NCBI GenBank assembly: GCA_944393745.1
Contig: CALYBD010000001.1
Span: forward strand, 2,372 to 66,371
Direction of reading: 5' to 3'
DNA length: 64,000 bases
From: an uncultured Alphaproteobacteria bacterium
Lineage (GTDB): Bacteria > Pseudomonadota > Alphaproteobacteria > CAAGCB01 > CAG-977
Numbering within the stretch: position 1 is the first letter of the stretch; every line of letters starts with the position of its first letter. Positions 18,243 through 28,235 of this stretch are shown here, in pieces. The notes under the pieces are model-generated. The model worked only from the letters and a program-made list of their open reading frames with translations. It did not search any database and had not been told where the DNA came from. The position numbers and the translations under genes were made by a program.

Positions 18243-20549
18243 CTATTCGGCGGCCGTATCGGGTGCCGGCGTTTTACGGCGCCGACCGGAATATCGGCGA
18301 CGCGGTTTTTTAGCCGGCTTTTCTTCTTTTTCCGGAGCCGGCAAAGCCTGCTGCGGCTGAGGCGCCGGTAAAAGAATCGGATCCTGCGCTTCGTTTTCCG
18401 ATGATTTTTGTTCGGCTTCGTTTTCATTACGGCGCCGAGCAGAATGGAACCGCCTGCCCCGGCGCAGGAAATGGCCGCGGCGATGCTTTTTGTCGTTATT
18501 TTTTTCTTCCTGATGATTTTCCGTCGTTTCCGCTTTTTGTGAAGACTTTAACCCCTCTTCAAAAACGGCATCCGCCTGAATGACCTCGATTTCATTGATT
18601 TCCGGTTCAGCCTGTTCTTCCCAAACGTCCCGGGAATCCGGAGTGGCTTCGATTGTCGGCTGTTCCTGATTTTCCTGGCGCGCCTGATTTTGTTCGTTTT
18701 TGTTTCGGCGATGACGGCGGCGACGTTCGCGCGGCGGCCGTTCACGAACAGAAACCGTTTGTTCTTCCTCTTGCGGTTCCGCATCGTCTTGTTGCGCCCC
18801 GGACACGGCAACGGGATCTGCTTCGATGCGGACAACCCGTTCTATCCGGTAATCCGTCGGGAACAACAAAGAATCATCTGCTTCCAAAAAGATCTTTACA
18901 TCATATTTTGTTTCGATTTTATGCAGATCTTCGCGCTTATTGTTCAAAACATACAACGCCGTTGATGTCGGAACCGTCATGCGCAGTTCGCTGAAACGAC
19001 GTTTCAGGCTTTCTTCTTCCAAAATATGCAGTGTATGAATTGAAACGGATTCCGTTGAACGGACAACCCCTTTTCCTTTACAGTGAGGACAAGGCAAATA
19101 ACTGGCTTCGATAAAACTGGAATGCAAACGTTGACGCGACAATTCCATTAATCCGAAACCGGTAATGCGTCCCATTTGAACCCGGGCTCTGTCACGTTTC
19201 AGGGCTTCTTTCATACGGCGTTCGACCGCATGATTGTTGCGCGGTTCTTCCATATCGATAAAGTCAATGACGACCAGACCGGCCATATCCCGCAAACGCA
19301 GCTGGCGCGCAATTTCATCTGCGGCTTCCAAATTCGTTTTCAAAGCCGTTTCTTCGATATTGCGTTCTTTTGTCGCACGGCCGGAATTAACGTCAATGGC
19401 GACCAAAGCTTCTGTCTGATCCATGACAAGATAAGCGCCGGATTTTAATTGAACGATGTTGCTGTGCATCGATTCCAGCTGAGATTCCACCTGATAGCGG
19501 AAAAACAACGGCATCGTTTCATCTTTGTACTGTTTGATTTTTTTGGCATGGCTGGGGGTTAAGATTTTCATAAAATCCTTTGCCATGCGGTATTCGGCCT
19601 CACCTTCGATTAAAACTTCGGAAATATCACGCGTATACATATCGCGCAAAGCCCGTTTAATCAGATTGCCTTCTTCATGAATCAATTCGGGAGCCGAAGA
19701 TTGCATTGTTTTGTCGCGAACCTGGACCCATGTTTTGATCAGATATTCGTAATCGCGTTTAATTTCCAGACTGGTACGTTCTTTTCCGGCCGTTCTGACA
19801 ATAACCGACATACCTGCCGGCAAAGGCAGCTTTGAGATAATCGTTTTTAATCGTTTTCTGTCAGCCGCATTTGTAATTTTGCGCGAAACGCCGCCGCCGC
19901 GGGCATTATTCGGCATCAAAACGCAATACCGGCCGGCCAAAGACAAATATGTTGTCAAAGCCGCCCCTTTATTGCCGCGTTCTTCTTTGGTTACCTGAAC
20001 CAACAGAACCTGACCGCGATGAATAACCTCCTGAATTTTATATTTTTTGATTTGGCTGTAACGGCTGCGATCCATCACTTCGTCATTTTCGTCTTCGCTG
20101 ACCGTTTCGACGATTTGTTCGGGCGCTTCTTCTTCGGCCGGATCTTCCTGAACTTCGGGCGTGTCGGCACTCAACGGCTGATTTTCATTGTCATCGGTTT
20201 TTTGTTTCCGTTTCCGTTGCGGTTTATTATGCGCCTTTTCTTCGTCTTCTTCTTCGTTTTCCTCCTGCAGCAAAGCTTCTTTTAAAGCTTCGCGATCCGC
20301 AACGGGAATCTGATAATAATCCGGATGGATTTCGTTAAACGCCAAAAATCCGTGCCGGTTGCCGCCGTAATCAACGAAAGCGGCCTGCAGTGACGGTTCC
20401 ACTCTGGCAACTTTGGCTAAGTAAATGTTTCCTTTTAACTGTTTCTTTGTTGAAGTTTCGATATCCAGTTCATCTAAACGGGTTCCATCGACGATAACGA
20501 CTCTCATTTCTTCGGAATGAGTCGCATCTATAAGCATTTTTTTGGTCAT
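18243..20549 (-). CDS. rne: Ribonuclease E
   Basis: MLIDATH.EE.RV, GNIYLAKV.RVEPSLQAAFV, alphaproteobacterial acidic S1 insert, DVNSGR, CPHCKG, Arg-rich disordered C-terminus. Confidence 0.97.
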   Translation of the reverse strand: MTKKMLIDATHSEEMRVVIVDGTRLDELDIETSTKKQLKGNIYLAKVARVEPSLQAAFVDYGGNRHGFLAFNEIHPDYYQIPVADREALKEALLQEENEEEDEEKAHNKPQRKRKQKTDDNENQPLSADTPEVQEDPAEEEAPEQIVETVSEDENDEVMDRSRYSQIKKYKIQEVIHRGQVLLVQVTKEERGNKGAALTTYLSLAGRYCVLMPNNARGGGVSRKITNAADRKRLKTIISKLPLPAGMSVIVRTAGKERTSLEIKRDYEYLIKTWVQVRDKTMQSSAPELIHEEGNLIKRALRDMYTRDISEVLIEGEAEYRMAKDFMKILTPSHAKKIKQYKDETMPLFFRYQVESQLESMHSNIVQLKSGAYLVMDQTEALVAIDVNSGRATKERNIEETALKTNLEAADEIARQLRLRDMAGLVVIDFIDMEEPRNNHAVERRMKEALKRDRARVQMGRITGFGLMELSRQRLHSSFIEASYLPCPHCKGKGVVRSTESVSIHTLHILEEESLKRRFSELRMTVPTSTALYVLNNKREDLHKIETKYDVKIFLEADDSLLFPTDYRIERVVRIEADPVAVSGAQQDDAEPQEEEQTVSVRERPPRERRRRHRRNKNEQNQARQENQEQPTIEATPDSRDVWEEQAEPEINEIEVIQADAVFEEGLKSSQKAETTENHQEEKNNDKKHRRGHFLRRGRRFHSARRRNENEAEQKSSENEAQDPILLPAPQPQQALPAPEKEEKPAKKPRRRYSGRRRKTPAPDTAAE

Positions 20550-20914
20550 TAATAATAAAACTCCGCGCCATACAGCCTGTCTGCGGCTGCAGCTGTTTGT
20601 TCAATACAGATGTGAACGGCGCTGAAAAGGCGAATACAACACACTTTGTCCGATTCAGACTGATAAATAAATTTTCCACAAGCGGCGTCTTTCCTAAAAA
20701 ATCCTTTTCGGCCATTCCACAAAAAACTTTGAGGAAGCTGTTATTGCTTTCTTGCCGTGCCGTTCGCGCTTCGTGTTCAGACGGCGCAAAGGAGGCAGCA
20801 ATAAAAAAAATTTCTTTCAGCGTGCCTAGAATAACCATCTATTAACCAAAGAACAATCATATTTTAGTATGGTAAGTTAGATTTTTTAATTTTTCAGAGG
20901 AAAAAAACGGAAAA

Positions 20915-22111
20915 ATGGCTGTTTTTCAACGAATGCGCCTTTTACTGATCGGAACCCTCCTGCTGTGTTTTTCGCGGCAGGGAATCTGCGCGACGGTGCA
21001 GGACATTCGTCTGGGAACACAAAGCGGATCGACAATCCGTGTCGTGATTGATTTAACGGAAAAAGTTCCGTTTAAAATTTTTCCGTTACAGAATCCCGAT
21101 CGCGTTGTCATTGATCTGCCGTCAACGGTTTTTTCCGTCAAACAAAAAGATCTGCCCAAAAAAGATTATCTGAACGAAGTGCGGCTGGGATCAAACGAAA
21201 ACAAAGCGGCCAGAGTTGTGTTGGAATTTAACCGCGGTGTTGTCATCAGGCGGTCTTTTATGCTGGCGCCGCAAAGCGGGTTTCAGTGGCGGCTGGTCGT
21301 TGATCTGGATTTGATGGCAAAGACGGACGGATTGAAGCAAGTCACGGCGGAATGGTATGATAATTCCGTCGGCGAAGAAAAAAAACAACAACAGCCGGCA
21401 CAGACGGCGCCCAAAGAAAAACCGTTGATTGTCCTTGATCCGGGACACGGCGGAAAAGATCCGGGAGCCATCGGTGTTTCGGGCGTTTATGAAAAACATT
21501 TAACCCTGGCCATGGTCAAACAGCTGCGTGCTTTATTGGAAAAAACGGGGCGCTACCGTGTTAAATTAACACGGGAAAAAGACGTCTTTATTTCTTTATA
21601 CGCCCGCCGGCGTTTTGCCCGGTCCGCCAATGCGGATTTATTTATTTCGATACACGCGGACAGTATCAACAAACCGAAAACGCGCGGATTATCCGTTTAT
21701 ACTTTATCGGAAAAGGCTTCGGACAAAGAGGCCGAAAAACTGGCCGAATCCGAAAACAAAGTCGATTTGATCGCCGGCATTGATCTGTCCGGGGAAACCC
21801 AGGAAGTCACCGATATTTTAATCGATTTGGCCCGCAGGGAAACAAACAATCATTCGTCCTTTTTTGCAGAAAAACTGATGGACGAGATTCGCACGGAAAT
21901 TCGCGTGTTGCCCAATTCGCATCGTTTTGCGGGATTTGCGGTTTTAAAATCGCCGGACGTGCCTTCTGTTTTGATGGAAATGGGATATCTGTCAAACAAG
22001 GAAGAAGAACGCCTGCTGCGCCAGCCGGCTTATCGTGAAAAGCTGGCGAAAGCCACCGTACGGGCAATTGATTCTTATTTTGCGGAAAAACATAAGGCAA
22101 ATTTTAATTGA
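20915..22111 (+). CDS. amiC: N-acetylmuramoyl-L-alanine amidase (AMIN + Amidase_3)
   Basis: NPDRVVIDL AMIN domain, LDPGHGGKDPGA, FISIHAD, VL.EMGYLSN. Confidence 0.93.
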   Translation: MAVFQRMRLLLIGTLLLCFSRQGICATVQDIRLGTQSGSTIRVVIDLTEKVPFKIFPLQNPDRVVIDLPSTVFSVKQKDLPKKDYLNEVRLGSNENKAARVVLEFNRGVVIRRSFMLAPQSGFQWRLVVDLDLMAKTDGLKQVTAEWYDNSVGEEKKQQQPAQTAPKEKPLIVLDPGHGGKDPGAIGVSGVYEKHLTLAMVKQLRALLEKTGRYRVKLTREKDVFISLYARRRFARSANADLFISIHADSINKPKTRGLSVYTLSEKASDKEAEKLAESENKVDLIAGIDLSGETQEVTDILIDLARRETNNHSSFFAEKLMDEIRTEIRVLPNSHRFAGFAVLKSPDVPSVLMEMGYLSNKEEERLLRQPAYREKLAKATVRAIDSYFAEKHKANFN

Positions 22112-22173
22112 ACATGGACAAATCATGCGCCGACAGTTAAACTGCCATTCGGAAGGAATACGGAATAAAAGCA

Positions 22174-24675
22174 ATGTCTAAACTTTTTTCAACGCTTGTC
22201 AGTTACGCTTTGTTTTTGGGAATACTGGGATTAATCGTACTTTTGCTGATTTTTTCGCATTACGGCAAAAATGTTGACGATTACCGCCGTCTGGCGACGT
22301 ACGAACCGCCGATCACCAGCCGTCTTTATGCGGCGGACGGACGTCTTTTGGCCGAATATGCTTCGGAAAAAAGGGCGTTCGTTCCTTACGAAGCCATTCC
22401 CAAACAGTTAGTTCAGGCGTTTATGTCCGCCGAAGACAAAAACTTTTTTTCACACGGCGGATTAGACTTTGTCGGCATTACGCGTGCCGTATTTCAAAAC
22501 CTTAAAAACATCGGTTCCGGGCGCAGAATGGTCGGGGCATCGACAATCACGCAGCAGGTGGCCAAAAACTTTTTGCTGACAAACGAAGCCTCTTTTGAAC
22601 GCAAGATCAAAGAAGCCATACTGGCAATTCGCATTGAGCGCGCCTTTTCCAAAGAATATATCATGGAACTGTATTTAAATCAGATTTACATGGGGCATTA
22701 TTCTTACGGCGTTGCGGCGGCAGCGTTGAATTACTTTAACAAATCGTTGGACGAACTGACGATTGCCGAATGTGCGTTTTTGGCCGCTTTGCCCAAAGGG
22801 CCGAACAATTACGATCCCGAAAAACGTTATGATGCGGCCGTTGAACGGCGAAACTGGGTTTTGTCCCGTATGCAGGAAAACGGCTATATTACCGAAGAAC
22901 AGGCACTGGCCGCCATGGCCGAACCGATTACTTTGGCTTCGCGGTCGGAAAAAGAAATAGCAACGGATGCGGAATACTTTGCCGAAGAAGTCCGCCGGCA
23001 GCTGGTTGCCCGCTATGGTGAAGATGCTTTGTACGAAGGCGGTCTGGTTGTTCGTACGACCGTTGATCCGGAAATGCAGAAACAGGCGGCGTTGGCGTTG
23101 CAGTACGGTATGATTTTTTATGATCAGCGCCACGGATTTCGTGAACCGATTACCAAAGTCGATCTGTCCGAAGAAGAATGGCTGGACGTTTTGTTGTCGG
23201 TTCAAACGCCGGACTACGCGCCTGAAGGCTGGGTTCCGGCAGTCGTTTTGGCCGTTGATAAAGAAAAAGCCGAGATCGGTCTGAAAACCGGGGAAACCGG
23301 TACCATTCCGCTGGAAGAAATGAAATGGGCCCGCAAGACCCTGCCCGATCAGACACTGGGGCCCGAAATCAAGCAGGCTGATGAAGTATTAAGCGTCGGT
23401 GACGTCATTTGGGCGGAACCGGTAACCCATAACGTTAAAAAGCAGAAATACCCCGAACATTCCTATGCTTTGCGTCAAATTCCCAATGTCGAAGGCGCCA
23501 TGATCGTTTTGGATCCGCATACGGGACGCGTGTTGGCCATGGTCGGCGGATATTCGTTCAAGCGGTCTCAGTTTAACCGGGCGGTACAGGCGAAACGCCA
23601 GCCGGGATCTGCTTTCAAGCCGTTTGTATATCTGGCGGCTTTGGACGAAGGTTTTACGCCCTCCTCATTAATTTTGGACGCTCCTTTTGTCATGGACCAG
23701 GGCAACGGACAAGGTAAATGGAAGCCGCAAAATATCTCCAAGCGTTTTTACGGGCCGACAACCATGCGTGTCGGGATTGAAAAATCCAGAAACCTGATGA
23801 CCGTTCGTCTGGCCAGAGCGATCGGCATTGAAAAGGTTGTTGAATATGCCAAAAAATTCGGTATTTCCGAAGACATTCCCAATCAAATGGCGATTGCTTT
23901 GGGATCCGGCGAAACGACTGTTTTAAAGTTGGCGACGGCATACGGTATGCTGGTGAACGGCGGCAAGAAGATTGAACCGATTTTAATTGACCGTATTCAG
24001 GACAGAACCGGCGTCACTGTTTATAATTCGGATTCTCGGCCGTGTATCAACTGTCAGACGGAAGGCGGCTGGAGCGGAGAACCTGCGCCGCAAATTCCGG
24101 ATATTCGCGAACAGATTGAGGATCCCCGCAGCGCTTATCAGATCATTAATATTTTAACCGGTGTTCTGGCGCCGGGCGGCAGTGCGCAGTCTTTGCGTTC
24201 GCTGGGGCGGACTTTTGCGGGCAAGACGGGAACGTCAAACAATAATGTTGACGGTTGGTTTGTCGGTTTAACGCCGGACCTGGTTGTTGCGATTTTTATG
24301 GGCTTTGACGAACCGCGGACGTTAGGGGCTCATGACACGGGCGGCGTTGTTTCCATTCCGGTATTCAGACGTTTTGTTCGGACAGCCTTAAAGGATCAGC
24401 CGTTAATTCCGTTCCGTGTCCCGGCCGGCATTCGTTTTGTCCGCGTCAACCACAAAACGGGCAAGCCGGCGTCTCCCAAAGATCGCGATGTAATCATGGA
24501 AGCCTTTAAATCCGGGGAAGACTGGCAGGGTAAGATCAAAGGATACATTGACGGATCCGATGAAGAAACGGTTCTGCCGCAGACACCGGATCAGCCGGCG
24601 GCTTTGCCGGAGAACAACCCAGGAGAAGGGGAAGAAGAAGACGACAGCATTCCCGATATCGGCGGTATTTTCTGA
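22174..24675 (+). CDS. mrcA: Penicillin-binding protein 1A
   Basis: Transglycosylase EDKNFFSHGG, GASTITQQVAKN; transpeptidase SAFK, SRN, KTG motifs. Confidence 0.96.
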   Translation: MSKLFSTLVSYALFLGILGLIVLLLIFSHYGKNVDDYRRLATYEPPITSRLYAADGRLLAEYASEKRAFVPYEAIPKQLVQAFMSAEDKNFFSHGGLDFVGITRAVFQNLKNIGSGRRMVGASTITQQVAKNFLLTNEASFERKIKEAILAIRIERAFSKEYIMELYLNQIYMGHYSYGVAAAALNYFNKSLDELTIAECAFLAALPKGPNNYDPEKRYDAAVERRNWVLSRMQENGYITEEQALAAMAEPITLASRSEKEIATDAEYFAEEVRRQLVARYGEDALYEGGLVVRTTVDPEMQKQAALALQYGMIFYDQRHGFREPITKVDLSEEEWLDVLLSVQTPDYAPEGWVPAVVLAVDKEKAEIGLKTGETGTIPLEEMKWARKTLPDQTLGPEIKQADEVLSVGDVIWAEPVTHNVKKQKYPEHSYALRQIPNVEGAMIVLDPHTGRVLAMVGGYSFKRSQFNRAVQAKRQPGSAFKPFVYLAALDEGFTPSSLILDAPFVMDQGNGQGKWKPQNISKRFYGPTTMRVGIEKSRNLMTVRLARAIGIEKVVEYAKKFGISEDIPNQMAIALGSGETTVLKLATAYGMLVNGGKKIEPILIDRIQDRTGVTVYNSDSRPCINCQTEGGWSGEPAPQIPDIREQIEDPRSAYQIINILTGVLAPGGSAQSLRSLGRTFAGKTGTSNNNVDGWFVGLTPDLVVAIFMGFDEPRTLGAHDTGGVVSIPVFRRFVRTALKDQPLIPFRVPAGIRFVRVNHKTGKPASPKDRDVIMEAFKSGEDWQGKIKGYIDGSDEETVLPQTPDQPAALPENNPGEGEEEDDSIPDIGGIF

Positions 24676-24689
24676 TCAGGACAAAAAAA

Positions 24690-25797
24690 ATGAGAGCAGA
24701 ACTGCAAGCAATTATCAATGACATCGAGCAGTCCCTTGCACTGCTGAGGAGGCATCTTTGACTGGGACAACGCGCTGAACCGATTGGACGAGATTAATTC
24801 TTTAACGGCCGATGCCGATTTATGGAATAATCCGGCGCGGGCGCAGTCTTTGCTGGCCGAACGCAACAGGCTGGAAGAATCCATACAAACGTTCAGCGCG
24901 CAGCAAAAAGAATTACAAGATACCGTTGAGCTTTTGGAATTGGCGGAAAGCGAAGACGATCAGGTTGTTTTGGACGAAGGAAAAGCCGCCTTGGAAAACC
25001 TGCGCCGACAGGTTCAGAAATCGGAATTAGAGGCTTTGCTTTGCGGCGAAGCGGACGGAAACGATACTTTTTTGGAATTGCACGCCGGTGCCGGCGGTAC
25101 CGAAGCGCAGGACTGGGCGGATATTTTGTTGCGTATGTACACCCGCTGGGCAGAAAAGCACAATTATAAAGTCGAATTACTGGAACAAAGCGACGGGGAA
25201 GAAGCCGGCATCAAATCGGCCGTCATCAGGATCGGCGGGCACAATGCTTTCGGCTGGTTAAAAACGGAAAGCGGCGTTCATCGTCTGGTGCGCATTTCGC
25301 CTTTTGACGCGAATGCGCGGCGGCATACAAGCTTTGCGTCGGTTTGGGTATATCCGGTTATTGACGACACGATTCAGATTGACATCAATCCGGCGGATTG
25401 CCGAATTGACACGTATCGTTCTTCCGGTGCCGGGGGGCAGCATGTCAACAAAACGGAATCGGCCGTTCGCATTACGCATTTGCCCACGGGGATTGTTGTT
25501 TCCTGTCAGACGCAGCGATCGCAGTTTCAGAACAGGGATACGGCCTGGGCAATGTTGCGTGCCCGATTATACGAGCTGGAATTAAAAAAACGCGAAGAAC
25601 AAAGCAACGCCATTGAGGAATCGAAATCCGACATCGGGTGGGGATATCAGATTCGGTCGTATGTCTTGCAGCCCTATCAAATGGTCAAGGATCTGCGCAC
25701 ACAAGTGGAAACGTCCAACGTCAAATCCGTTTTAGACGGAGAGATTGATTTGTTTTTAGAAGCTTCTTTGGCTGCCAAAATAAAGGGCGTGACATGA
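24690..25797 (+). CDS. prfB: Peptide chain release factor 2 (programmed +1 frameshift)
   Basis: ATG 24690 gives [23 protein letters not shown], then CTT-TGA-C; the +1 frame continues [13 protein letters not shown]...; SPF and GGQ motifs. Confidence 0.97.
24747..24762 (+). promoter_or_regulatory. prfB programmed ribosomal frameshift site
   Basis: Internal SD AGGAGG (24747-24752), CAT, CTT TGA C (24756-24762). Confidence 0.95.
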
Positions 25798-26522
25798 AAA
25801 AGCTTTGCCTGATCTTTTGTTTTATGCTGACGACGGGGTGTATGCGGCCGCTGTATGAAACGGATTATCCCGTATACCGGCAGTATAAGTACTGGGAATC
25901 TGCGGACAAAGACTGGCAGGAAATTGATTATTTTCAGGTCCAGGCGTTCAGAACCAAACGGGGTGATCAGACGGCTTTGCGTTTAGTGCCCCAGCGTGAC
26001 GGGTTGCCCTCAACGCGGGACGGTTATTTACAGGCGGCGCAAAAAGCCGCATTCAACATCATGACATCTGTCTGCGGTGCGTCTTTTGTTTCGCCGTTGC
26101 CGGCGCAGGCACCGGAAAACGGTCGAACGATAGACCGTTTCTTTTTTCAATATGCCGATGCTTCCGTCGGGGTTGTTTTTTCCTGTCGTCCGGGCCAACC
26201 CAAAGGCATGGATTTAGTGGCCGAACAGCAGAAGTGGTCTTTGGCCGACAGGCGCTGGGACAGCATCAGCGGGCACAATGCTTTTGTTGATGTTTTACCG
26301 GCATCGGCCGAAGGGCGTCGGCAGATCAGGATTCGGTTATTCGGCGGCACGTTGTCGGACAACAAGCGTCTGGCGCGCAGAATTATCGAAGACACCTGCC
26401 CCAATAGCAATTTTAGGATATTGTCCGACAGGGCCGGATTTGATATTGTTCCGGCGGGACGACTGCCGGACGTTGTTTCGGACGAGAATGTAAGAATTTA
26501 TGATTTCACTTGTACGCCTTAG
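25794..26522 (+). CDS. Hypothetical lipoprotein with two internally duplicated Cys-paired domains
   Basis: Lipobox LTTG-C; each half has C...FxCxP (SVCG...VFSCRP; DTCP...DFTCTP); ATG overlaps the prfB stop. Confidence 0.7.
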   Translation: MKKLCLIFCFMLTTGCMRPLYETDYPVYRQYKYWESADKDWQEIDYFQVQAFRTKRGDQTALRLVPQRDGLPSTRDGYLQAAQKAAFNIMTSVCGASFVSPLPAQAPENGRTIDRFFFQYADASVGVVFSCRPGQPKGMDLVAEQQKWSLADRRWDSISGHNAFVDVLPASAEGRRQIRIRLFGGTLSDNKRLARRIIEDTCPNSNFRILSDRAGFDIVPAGRLPDVVSDENVRIYDFTCTP

Positions 26523-26529
26523 GACAAAA

Positions 26530-27357
26530 ATGACGATTTTTATGCAGATTGCCGTTGGATTGATATTACTTTACCTGCTGGCATGTGCGGGGATTTATTT
26601 TTTTCAGCGCCGGCTGATGTACAATCCGTATTTTCACGTCAACACGCCGCACCGTAACGAATCGCCTGATTTGGAAAAAGTCACTTTGCAGACGAACGAC
26701 GGATTAAAGTTGGAGTCTTATTACAAAGCGCCAAAGACCAAATCGGACGGGACGATGTATCCGACCGTATTATATTTACACGGCAACACGGGTCCGGCCG
26801 GCGATGCGGCGCACAAGCTGATTCCGATTGTTGATGCCGGGTACGGTGTTTTGTTATTGGAATACCGCGGGTTTGGTTCGAACCCCGGCAAACCGACGGA
26901 GAAAGGATTGATTGCCGATGCCGAAGCCGGCCTGCACTTTATTCATTTAAAGCAGGGTAAAAAGGCGCAGGTAATTTATTACGGTATGTCGATGGGGACG
27001 GGGGTCGCCAACGGTTTGGCGGAAAAGCGTCCGCCGGCGGGATTAATTTTGGAATGCGGTTTTACGTCGATGACGGACGCGGCGCGTCATCATTACTTTA
27101 TGTTTCCGGTAAAGTATATGATAAAAGATACTTTTGAATCCAAACGCCGAATTCAGACGTTGCAGGCGCCGTTATTGGTGTTGCACGGTCAAAATGACAG
27201 GACTGTTCCCGTTGAACAGGGCAAAGAGATGTTTGAAACGGCGCCGACGCAGGACAAGACGTTGAAACTGTATGCCGACGGGGGTCATATTAATTTATAT
27301 GACTTTGGATCCAGCAACGATATTGTCGCGTGGTTAAACGCGCGATTTTTGCCTTAA
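26530..27357 (+). CDS. Alpha/beta hydrolase (ABHD13/BEM46-like)
   Basis: N-terminal TM plus FQRRLMY, LHGN, EYRGFG.N.G.PTE.GL, GMSMG, HG..D..VP, GGH; start after AGGA. Confidence 0.9.
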   Translation: MTIFMQIAVGLILLYLLACAGIYFFQRRLMYNPYFHVNTPHRNESPDLEKVTLQTNDGLKLESYYKAPKTKSDGTMYPTVLYLHGNTGPAGDAAHKLIPIVDAGYGVLLLEYRGFGSNPGKPTEKGLIADAEAGLHFIHLKQGKKAQVIYYGMSMGTGVANGLAEKRPPAGLILECGFTSMTDAARHHYFMFPVKYMIKDTFESKRRIQTLQAPLLVLHGQNDRTVPVEQGKEMFETAPTQDKTLKLYADGGHINLYDFGSSNDIVAWLNARFLP

Positions 27358-27367
27358 TTTATACTGA

Positions 27368-28189
27368 TCAGAATGAAACGGCGGTGCATAACCCCGGTGT
27401 CCCCGCGGGCAGATTTTCCCCGGGTTCCAGACCGGCGACAAGCGAAAGAGCGACAAGATAGCTTCTTTGATCAAGGGAATCCCCAAGAACGGTTCCTTCG
27501 CTGAGGGGGAAGTTACACGCAACAAAGTTGGGAATATAGACGCTGGTGACCGGTGCGATTCCGCTGGACAGGATATAATAAGCGGATCCCAGCGGCTGAT
27601 GTTGCGTAACGACCTTTCCCGTTGAGCTTGTAGCCGCGCTTAAAGGTTCCGTTGCTTTCTGCAGCATACCGACAAATCTGGAATTTCCCGTAGCGTCGGA
27701 CACTGCGCGCAGTGCCGTCATTTTATCCGCCCCGTCATAGCGCGGCGGGATCGCGCGGATCGTGATGATATATTTTACGACGTCCGTTTCATTACCGCAG
27801 GTAACCGTTGTTTGTTGATTTTTATCAATACAGAACAGATAGCTTCTGGTTCCGTTTTGGGGTTTATAGGTTGACGGCAGCCGTCCCTGAATATACTGGA
27901 ATACCGTATTGCCGTTGCCTTCTTGTCCGCCGGATATTTGTCCGTTTTCGGTAATTGCCAAAGGAACGATACCGTCGGCAGCCGAATTAAAGTAGGCCCT
28001 GGACTGTTCGGCATCAATCCGCATGGCGTCCAAGTATCCGTATTCGGCGGAAACGTGTTGTTGATACATACTTAACGCCATTGCCTGATATACCGGAGCG
28101 ATGAAGTTTTCCTGAGGCTTTGTCTTTTCGTACAAATTGCCAAACATCACTATTCCCATTAACGATGCCAACATCATCCAAAAAAACAT
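27368..28189 (-). CDS. Hypothetical protein, possible type IVb pilus PilM-like partner
   Basis: N-terminal TM followed by A.SM...H..A..GY helix; directly downstream of the PilV-like gene; RBS AAGGAGG. Confidence 0.55.
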   Translation of the reverse strand: MFFWMMLASLMGIVMFGNLYEKTKPQENFIAPVYQAMALSMYQQHVSAEYGYLDAMRIDAEQSRAYFNSAADGIVPLAITENGQISGGQEGNGNTVFQYIQGRLPSTYKPQNGTRSYLFCIDKNQQTTVTCGNETDVVKYIITIRAIPPRYDGADKMTALRAVSDATGNSRFVGMLQKATEPLSAATSSTGKVVTQHQPLGSAYYILSSGIAPVTSVYIPNFVACNFPLSEGTVLGDSLDQRSYLVALSLVAGLEPGENLPAGTPGLCTAVSF

Positions 28190-28235
28190 GGCCGCCTCCT
28201 TTGTTTTATTTCTTCACCGCTCCGGCACTATCCTG

